This document shows positions 24,348 to 32,746 of a DNA stretch of 32,746 nt, piece after piece. This stretch comes from Guillardia theta CCMP2712 (lineage: Eukaryota; Protista; Cryptophyta), in contig NW_005434476.1 in NCBI RefSeq assembly GCF_000315625.1, positions 16,108 to 48,853 on the forward strand. Direction: 5' to 3'. The number at the start of each line of letters is the position of its first letter. Positions within the stretch are counted from its first letter, which is position 1. Below the pieces are notes generated by a model. That model worked only from the letters and a program-made list of their open reading frames with translations, did not search any database and was not told where the DNA came from. The position numbers and the translations under genes were made by a program.

Positions 24348-24591
24348 CGGTTCGAAAGCTGCTGTTTCAAGACTTGAAATGTTCTCAGATCCTGCTCTCT
24401 CTCCCCTATTCAAGAAATATTCCATGCCTGCTCGTTCTGTTTCCATCCATTTCTGCTTAGTCCTCTCGAATCTCTACTCCCTCCCTCCCTTCCCTCCCCC
24501 ACCTCCGCCTCCCCCTCTCGCTCCCCTGCTCTCCCATTTCTTCGCTTTCCCGCCTAAAAGTTTGTGGCTCAAAAAAATTGGCGAGGAGGCA

Positions 24592-24740
24592 GCAAGGGGA
24601 GGCTGAAGGAAGAGGAGGAGTAGAGGAGCAAGGGGAGGCTGAAGGAAGAGGAGGAGTAGAGGAGCAAGGGGAGGCTGAAGGAAGAGGAGGAGTAGAGGAG
24701 CAAGGGGAGGCTGAAGGAAGAGGAGGAGTAGAGGAGCAAG
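24592..24740. repeat. 36-bp minisatellite, about 4 perfect copies
   Basis: Unit GCAAGGGGAGGCTGAAGGAAGAGGAGGAGTAGAGGA, between divergent cyclin and PhyH starts. Confidence 0.95.
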
Positions 24741-24758
24741 GAGATGCTGGAGGAGGCG

Positions 24759-25858
24759 ATGAGAGCATGGCTTCTCTTCTTGTCTGCGTTCCTTCTCCTC
24801 TGCTGCTCATCTCAAGTCGCAGCCTTCAGCCGCCTGCCTCCATGCCCTCGCAGGCTGCATGCGACCAACTGCCGTGTGAGTATGGGGATTCACATCAGCA
24901 AGGAGGCGAGGACGAGCTTCAGGAGGGAGGGTTTTGTGCAGCTGGGGGAGGTCTTGAGCAAGGAGGAGGTGGAGGCCTGCAGGAGCCGCATGGATCGTCT
25001 CTTCGCCGGCGACTTCGACACCGGCATCTACCCAGACGAGTGGCACTGGAGGAAGGGCATCAGCCTGCCCGGCGCCGTCCGTGAGATCTGCAACGGGTGG
25101 AAGAGCGACAAGACCATCGCGAGCATCGTGCTGGGAGAGAGGTTCGGCCGAGCCGCGTGCGAGCTCATGGGCTGGCCATCAGCACGCATAGCGCAAGACT
25201 CCATCATCTGGAAGCCTGCGGGGGCAGGAAGCGTCTCGTGGCATCAGGACTCGCCCTACATCAGCAAGCAGTTCATCCCGGTACCAGCAGCTCCTCCCTG
25301 ACATCCCCTGACCTCTTTGCCCAGGAGGAGAACAACAGCATCACGTTCTGGTGCGCGCTGGACGACGCGGACGAGGAGACTGGCGTCATCGAGTACGCGT
25401 CTGGTTCCCATGAGTGGGAGGCCGACAGAGAGTTGGCGCCTGAGTTTCATGCCGCGCGAGACTACCAGCAGGGTCTGCGACGAGCAGCAGCATCCGCAGG
25501 GAAGGAAATGTCGCAGGTGAACATCGCCCGCCTCCTGGTGCCCGCAGGGTCCGCAGTCGCCCACCACCAGAACACTTGGTGAGATCAGTCACGACCTGAC
25601 TGCAGCTGACGAGCGCCCAGGCATGGCAGCGGCGAGAACAAGTCGAAGATGCGAGACAGAAGAGCGTTAGCGGTGCATGTTCTGAGAGGAGACGTGAAGT
25701 TCGTCGAGAAGCCTGGGTACATCTACGGAAGGTCAATCGAGAGAAAGGGAAGGCGATGCCTTACACTTGACAGGTACAAGCTGGGGGAGGACGACAGCCT
25801 GCACGATTCTTTCTTTCCTTACTTGTACAGATCGCAAGGGAAAGACGGTCAGGTGTAG
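24759..25858 (+). CDS. Phytanoyl-CoA dioxygenase (PhyH) family 2OG-Fe(II) dioxygenase, probably plastid-targeted
   Basis: Exons 24759-25280, 25325-25578, 25621-25731, 25774-25858. Intact WHQD, ITFWCALDD..G..EY..GSH, HHQNTWHGSG.N.S..RRA motifs; N-terminus MRAWLLFLSAFLLLCCSSQVAA-FSRL. Confidence 0.9.
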
Positions 25859-26049
25859 ATGTGGGAGGACCGAGCGGCATCGGAGGAGTGAAAGAGGTTC
25901 TGTTGCGACGAAGGCAAGAGGAGCCGCGTGAAGGAGGAGAGTGAAAATGTGAAGAGTGTTGTCTTCTCAACATCAGCTTCTCTTCAAATACAGTCAGATT
26001 CTTTCTAAGTAAGACTGAACGGCTGGCTGAGAGAACAGCCCCAAATGTC

Positions 26050-28550
26050 TCACGATTTCGCATTCCATAATTTCTGATGAGCTTGCAAAACCTGCTTCTG
26101 CTCCTCTTCAAGCATGAGATATTGAAAGATTTTCAATCTCCCACGAGCATCACCCGATATCGTCAGGAAATGCTCCGAGAATCGAGCCTGACTCCATGAA
26201 TGAGGGGCCCACAAGGGGGTAGCGGTGTCGTCGACGAGACGAGAGGATTTTCCTGGTTTCCTGCAGAACTTGAAGCTGCCTCGCTGCTGATCGGGCAGGC
26301 TGTGATGCTCGATCCACTGCTTGCCTCGAATGGGAAAACCATGAGAGTTCCATGCTTGGATCTCCCACACTTGAAAACCATTCTCCTTCCTCCATTCATC
26401 CTCGACGTGCACACAGAAATACAAGTTGTGAAGAGACTCATGGGATCTAACCACCTGCGAAGACATCTTCTTGTGCGTCCTCGCTTTCTTGTTGGTTTGC
26501 TTGTTATGCACAACGAACGTATTGCTGATGTTGATGCAAGCTCGAGCACTGGTTTGATCTACTTTCTCTTTCTGGCTACTGAAGTCAGACAGAGCTTCGA
26601 CTTCCTTCAGAGAAGAGACTGAGATCAAGTCCACCACGACACTGAGGTCAAAGAAAAGATCGTTCTTTGACAGAACCTCTGCCGCAGCTCTCATCCGATG
26701 CTGCCCATCGATGATTGCTGTACCCTTCAAAGCCATCATCGCCTCGGAAACAAACTTGACTGTACCTGCTCAGAGTGTCCATGGTCGGCTGCTTCATCCA
26801 TAGTGAAAATGCAAATGCAGCCCGGGACGGTACTCCGAAAGAGGTTGGAATTGACCATTCTATTCACTTTCTTTTCATCAATTGCCCTGATGTGATTGAT
26901 GAGCAATCACAACGTATCGCTGGATCCTCATAGGAAATGCCTTATTATCTCACTTGTGGAACTTACCTACAATTCTCCCAAACTGGAATAAGCTGCAAAA
27001 TCCTGCGGGCAGAGGCCAGATAAATTCTTCTTCGGGGTTCTTTCATGCAGTCATTTGTTTTTAGTGGTGATCAGAATTTCAGATGTGAATAGCACCTGTA
27101 TAGATAATTTTTCCAAAGATAGCATCGTTTCCTTGTTCTTGGTCTCTTTCGGCGAGCTAAGCATTCGAAAGCATGATCATCAAATATTCAAGGACATTCG
27201 AGAACATACCTTCCATGCTATGTTATGCCCATGGTGCAGGAGGAAATGACGAGGTGGAAGAAATCAACAGATGTGAATGGAAGCAACTCGGAGGATGGCA
27301 AGTGAACCTGATAGGTCTGACATTTCTTGTTCTTGTCCATTTGGTAGTAAAGCAGAGGGATTGGAGCTTTTGTTTGAAATCAAAGAATCAAGTGGTGAGT
27401 CCCATGTGCAATTATCACAAATTGAGTCTTCATCCGTATCTCTCAGATCGAGGTCAAGAGGGCGGGTTAAGTCATTACAATCCAATGACCCTTCACTGCT
27501 ATTCTTGTCCGTTGAACCTTTGAAACTTGTTTCTCCCGCTGTGCGCTGACGTACAGGTGTGGTGGTCGCAAAGCTATCCAACTGCTCGAGTCTACTAATT
27601 AGATTCTGTGTGGTTCCTTCCAAAGACGGTTTCAATGTGATTGGATGATAATGTAAAAATGCTACCAGGAGTCAAGGGATGCCGAATCATGTTAGTTCGT
27701 GGCAGATCATCAGTATTTGAAAGCATGGGAGATGAAAACGATGATCGAATGTTCCGGTCCTCTTCGTCAAGAACCTCATCCAGTTTCTCGAATCTTTCAA
27801 TCAGCCTGGTGGTTGTGCCTGCACGTTTTGGAACAATTTCAGTGATCCTGCGCGAAACGCTCATCGACACCTGGCGTCAGAGCATCGAAACTTCGCAAGC
27901 GAGTTGTAAAGTCAGGAGATGGTGAGGATACTATGCACTGGTCTCGTCACTGTGATCGAAGATTCAGCTTATAGACCTTTGAGCGCGGAAGTAAATGTTG
28001 GTGAGGATGATATCAGCACGCTCCCGTCATCTGACTTTGAGTTCAATCTCAAGGGAGAATAGAACTTACCATACCAGAGTGAAAGTTCTGAGAATTTTGA
28101 ACGTATTCAAAGTCTTCGTCTATTGATGGTAGTGTATGCTGGACTAGAACGTGATGAAATCAATATAGGAGCTTTGAAAGAATAAATTGACTTCATTTCT
28201 GACATTTTCGTTTGCCAAGTCTTCCAGGCAATGGTGATCGATGATATTTGGCCTGCAACAAAATTTTAAAGGTTGTACAACAGGAAACAAAACTAGAGTA
28301 CAAGTGGTGAACCTATACCACCAGAGAACTTTGGCATTTGTAGCTGCTGTGCTGAAATCCTTTGCGATGTATTCGAAACTTCATTACCATGTGATACAGA
28401 CAATTTTGAAGGGTGTTTGTTTGGTGCCCCTTGCTGGTCTTTCCCTTTCTCTGACGCATAATTCTGCTCTTTGCGATTTGAATTGTCTTTGTGATTTTTT
28501 CGTGCTCTCCGCTCTTTCTTCATATTGGATTGTAGACAATTTGTTGTCAT
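26050..28550 (-). CDS. Multi-exon protein with a DGQHR (ParB/sulfiredoxin-fold, DndB-like) domain
   Basis: Spliced core IPVWENCRAIDEKKVNRM..PGCICIF..GTAIIDGQHRMRAAAEVL..VVVDLISVSSLKEVEAL built with canonical GT-AG introns; low-complexity N-terminal exons; both termini uncertain. Confidence 0.7.
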
Positions 28551-28988
28551 CTCAGAGAATCAATGTTCATCACCTGTCGGAGTCAACTTCATCACCGACA
28601 CAGTCCTCTCCCCTCCTCCTACCTGTGCCTGACGCGCCTCTCCTCCATGACGCGGCGGCGGCAGCCTATCGCCGCGGACCTGCAGCCGGGCCTACTGACC
28701 CGGGGGTATCACTCACTAGTCACTGCCCGGCCACCGCCGGCCACCGGGCCGCCCTCAGAGGGAATCGAGCTTAACTAAACTTTGAGTTGAAGAGGATCGT
28801 CTACGCAGGCTCGCCTCAATAATCTCATAGTAAGCAACTGAAGGCATTAAGTTCATGAGGTAGATCTTCTGAAGTTGCCTACAATCCGACCGGTCGCCCC
28901 TGCCACTGCCCTGCCATGGCAGACTCTCCAGCTTCTACAGCTGAGGAGGCAGCCGAGAGGTCAGCTGGATCTTGTTCTGGACAGAGCC

Positions 28989-31618
28989 ATGGAGCTTTCC
29001 TTGAAGTCCCTGTGGCTGACCATCAACCTTGTCTCCATCGCGGGCATGTCGCTCATGCCAAGGCCCTCGCCTGCTCGATTCATCTTTCCCCCTGCCAAAC
29101 GAAGGCTTGTTTACCTTCGCATAGACCTGACGCTCGTGTTTGTCCCTGTGCTTCTCCTTCTCATCTCACTCTTTCTCTCTCATGTCGCTGCCGTTGGCAT
29201 CGATCTCGCCATACCTGTGGTTCTACTCGAGGCTGGTGGTCTGCGTCGGTCTGGATGGTCGTCACCCTCATCAGCCTCTGTGGGGTGTGTGGGAGGCGAG
29301 CGGGAGGAGGGAAGGGCCCGGAGCTGCGGAGCTCAGTCGAACAAACGATCAGCATGCTGGAGAAGAGGGTGCAAGACGTCCCGGAAGACGGAGAATCATG
29401 GTGATGATGATGGTGGTGGTGGTGGTGGTGGTGATGGTGATGATGATGATGATGATGATGATGATGCTGATGCTGATGCTGATGCTGATGCTGATGCTGA
29501 TGCTGATGGTGATGGAGATGATGATGATGATGACTACGATGATGATGACGATGACGATGACGATGACGATGGAGATCATGATCATGATCATGATCATGAT
29601 GTGAACTGTTGGACGGGTTCTTCTCCTTCATTGATGACGACTTGTCAGGTGGAAACTTGGTGTTCAAATGCAAGTAGCAGCAGGAGGATCAGCGAGCGAG
29701 GAGGCATCTGCTGTGGCCATGCTCGAGCATGCGCTCGTGCTATCGCCCAGCCTGCATGCCTCCTTTGACAACATGATGCGAATCGGCGACGTGCACAGAG
29801 GGTTAGGGAACAGCATGCGGGCTCGGCGCTTCTACCTCCTCGCGGTCTCTCTGAACCCGAGGATATCGACCGTCTTCGTCTACGCTGGCTTGACGTACGA
29901 GCAGCAGGTGAGAGCTGCTGGACTCACTGCTGGTCATGAGGTGGGCAGGAATACTTTGACTCGGCTGCGAGATGCTTCCTGCTAGCTAGCCGCCTGCAGG
30001 AGGAGATGCATCAAGACATGTGCAAGCAGCTGCCGCGAGCTCTCGCCCTCGCCTCCTCCTCCTGCAGTCCAAAAGCAAGGTTGTCTTCCCCCTGCTTGTC
30101 TCCCTCCTGGCCTAGCCCGTCCATCCGTCTCGCCCGTCCACCCGGCTCGTCCCTCATGGTTTTCAGCAGGTCTTCGGCGTACTCGTCCTACCTGACCTCT
30201 GCTCTCATGCGAGCGGGTCGCGGCGAGCATGCGATGATCGAGCACGGGCGTTTGCTGGGACAGCAGGGAGGGAGGAGGATGGATGTGTCTACTCGCCTCT
30301 ACGTCCTTGCTGACCCGGTGAGCAGCCGCACGAGCACACGTAAAGGTCACGAGCATGGCAGCGGCGAGGAGACGCGATCCCATGGCCTGCCAGCCCCCGC
30401 GAGGAGGAGGAGGTGGCGAGATGCCCTGCCAGTCAGGCTGAGGGACGTGAGGATGGGAGGGAAGGGAAGGAAGAGATGAAGGAGGCGGAAGAGCGTGTCC
30501 AGCAGGAGCTCGACATGCTTCAACGGCCCACCGACTGCAGGACGGCAAGGAAACTTCTCTACCTCCCGTCTCAGGCTTTCGGCTTTGGAGCTCATGCTCA
30601 CATGCTAAGCCTCGCAATGACCCTCGCGTTCTACACCAACAGGTCCTGCATCCACCACCTCCATCATCTCCTCCCCCTGCCCCTCCCCCTGCTCCCCCTG
30701 CCCCTCCCCTGCCCCTCCCCCTGCTGCCCCTGCCCCTCCCCCTGCCCCTGCTCTCCATCTCAAGGGTCGTCAGGGTTCTAGTCCCAGTGATGGAAGATGG
30801 CTTCTGGCTGGTGGATCGAAGAGACTGCGGGCGGGGTGGCTTCTCCTGCTTCTTCGAGGAGATCTCAAGCTGCTCGGTAGACGACAAGGAGGCTAAAGCT
30901 GCTCCCTCCCTCCTCGCTCTCGGGGTATGTCACACCCTCAGCGCTTCTCCTCTTGACGACAAGCAGGACGTCGCCCTCCATCGCTCAGGGGGGCCTCGAC
31001 ACCTCCTGTTTGATTGGGACTCGCAAACAGCAGCGATCAAGGTTCTGCTCAGCTCCTCCTCATCATCATCCTCGTTCTCCTCCTCCTCGTTCTCCTCCTC
31101 TTCCATTTCTGTATCTGCATCTCCCTTTGTGTTCCTCTTCCTCTTCGTTACGCCTCCTCATTCTTGACTCTCTCTGCTTCAGGCGGGTCTTCTTCGCAAC
31201 TACCTCCCCGAGGGCCTGCAGGGGCTGGGGGTGGCGTGGTGGCGGGGCCAGCTCCTCCGCTTCCTCCTCCGTCCCCGAGCATGGCTCAAAGCCGAGCTGC
31301 TCGACGCGAAGTGGGAGGAAAGGGGAGAGGAAGGAATCGATAGGCTCACGAAGCTGCAGGAGGAGGATGAAATGGGAGCCGCCCGTCGTTGGCCTGCACA
31401 TTCGGCATGGCGACAAGTTGAAGGAGGCGTGAGTGAAACGAAGCGATGAGAGGAGAGAAGGAGCGGGAGGAGAGGGAGGAGAGGGAGGAGCGGGAGGAGC
31501 TTTTTTTGACATTCATTTTGTGCGAAGGAATCGCATCCCCCCTGAGAGCTACGTACGGGTGCTGCTCGAGGAGATTGCGAGAGGGCAAAATGTGAGGTAT
31601 GCAGGCATGATGGAGAGG

Positions 31619-31657
<39 letters not shown>

Positions 31658-32124
31658 TGGAGGAGGAGGAGGAAGAGGAGGAGGAGAAGGGTTGAGAGGA
31701 AGCGAGGAGGAAGAGGAGGTGGTGGAGGAGGAGGAGGAGGAGGTGGTGGTGGCGGTGGTGGTGGAGAAGGGTTGAGAGGAAGCGAGGAGGAGGTGGAGGA
31801 GGAGGAGGAGGAGGAGGAGGAGGAGGAGGTGGTGGTGGTGGTGGTGGAAGAGGAGGAGGCGGTGGTGGTGGAGGCTAACGGAGTCGATCAGGTCCGTCTT
31901 CGTGTCGACAGACAGTTTGAATGTCATCGAGACGGTGAAGAGATTGCTTCCTCCCAACATCACGGTGAGCGCAAGAGATGCGACATGAATAAGAGGGGCG
32001 AGGGAAAGACAAGGGAAGAAGCTGAAATTGGATAGGGTAAGGGAGAGAAGAGGAGAGAAGGAGCAGGAGCAGGAGGGGGAGGGACAGGTGGGGGAGCAGC
32101 AGCAGCAGCAGCAGAAGCAGCAGG

Positions 32125-32161
<37 letters not shown>

Positions 32162-32201
32162 CAAGCAGCAGCAGAACAAGCAGCAGCAGGGGCAGGGGCA
32201 A

Positions 32202-32235
<34 letters not shown>

Positions 32236-32746
32236 AGCATGAAGAGCAGCAGCAGGAGTTGGAGGAGGAGGAGGATGATGAGGAGGAGCAGCAGCAGCAG
32301 CAGCAGTAGCAGCGGGAGGAGTGTGATGAAGAGGAAGAGAAGGAGGATGATGAGGAGGAGCAGTAGCAGCAGCAGGAGGAGCGGGAGGAGGAGCTGGATG
32401 AGGAGCGGGAGGAGGAGGAGGATGAGGAGGAGGAGCTTTCTGGGTTCGGGTAAGGAGGGCATTCAGGTCTGCTACGAGGAGGATGAAGTTTCGAGGGCAC
32501 GGACCTTCACGAATGCGAATCTACAGAATCATATTCGAAATCAACGTGACCCGGGTGACTCTTCTTGTCTCCTCTCTCTTTTCCAGCTGTCCGGGCTGAC
32601 GGCTGCTCCTCTCTCTACCCCTCTTCTGCTCGCCTTTTCTTTCTTCCCTCACTCTTTTCCGCAGCTTCATCCTTCGGAGGTCTGTTCGAAAGTTCTCTTC
32701 TTCCTCATGGACGTCGACCTGCTTTCTTCGCCACCTTCTTCTCCAA
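28989..32746 (+). CDS. Type II membrane TPR + alpha-1,6-fucosyltransferase (GT23, FUT8-like); runs off the window end
   Basis: KRR + TM LTLVFVPVLLLLISLFLS; TPR-like AMLEHALVLSP..RFYLLAVSLNP; FUT8-like LQRPTDCRTARKLL..GFGAHAHML, WWRGQLLRFLLRP, VVGLHIRHGDKLKEA, VFVSTDS, LMDVDLLS. Start codon uncertain (28916, 28989 or 29046). Confidence 0.8.
29399..29601. repeat. Compound (GAT/GGT/GATGCT/GATCAT)n microsatellite in intron 29369-29648
   Basis: Direct repeats. Confidence 0.9.
31620..32436. repeat. Purine-rich (GCA/GGA/GGT)n low-complexity tracts filling two introns of the GT23 gene
   Basis: Direct repeats around a short exon at about 31892-31964. Confidence 0.85.

Noticed and set aside
24592-24740. 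36-bp repeats as a CRISPR array
   Set aside because: Head-to-tail copies with no spacers, eukaryotic context, no cas genes
29140-29673. Poly-His, poly-Asp and poly-Met ORFs suggesting a metal-binding protein
   Set aside because: Translations of a GAT-type microsatellite inside intron 29369-29648, which has good phase-compatible GT-AG ends
31346-32500. Cys/Ser-rich, poly-Leu and poly-Gln ORFs (metallothionein-like appearance)
   Set aside because: Translations of intronic GCA/GGA repeats

Overview
Eukaryotic nuclear DNA: gene-dense, with many short (about 40-60 nt) GT-AG introns, some longer introns filled with simple repeats, and three assembly gaps. Bipartite signal+transit peptides with Phe at +1, the intron sizes and the GGA/GCAGGA microsatellites suggest an alga with a complex red plastid, most like a cryptophyte (Guillardia-type; inference). 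Ten spliced genes were reconstructed by hand: a plastid-targeted NSF-like AAA ATPase with a degenerate cupin domain, a degenerate 2OG-Fe(II)-oxygenase-like protein, CtIP/Sae2/COM1, a GONST-type nucleotide-sugar transporter, a large ARM+LamG protein resembling the N-terminal part of WDFY3/LvsA BEACH proteins but with no BEACH domain, a BRE1 E3 ligase, a divergent cyclin (CYCJ18/CNTD1-like), a plastid-targeted PhyH dioxygenase, a DGQHR (ParB/Srx-fold) protein and a TPR+FUT8-like GT23 fucosyltransferase. Family calls come from recalled motifs, not database searches. No RNA genes, CRISPR arrays or autonomous mobile elements were seen.
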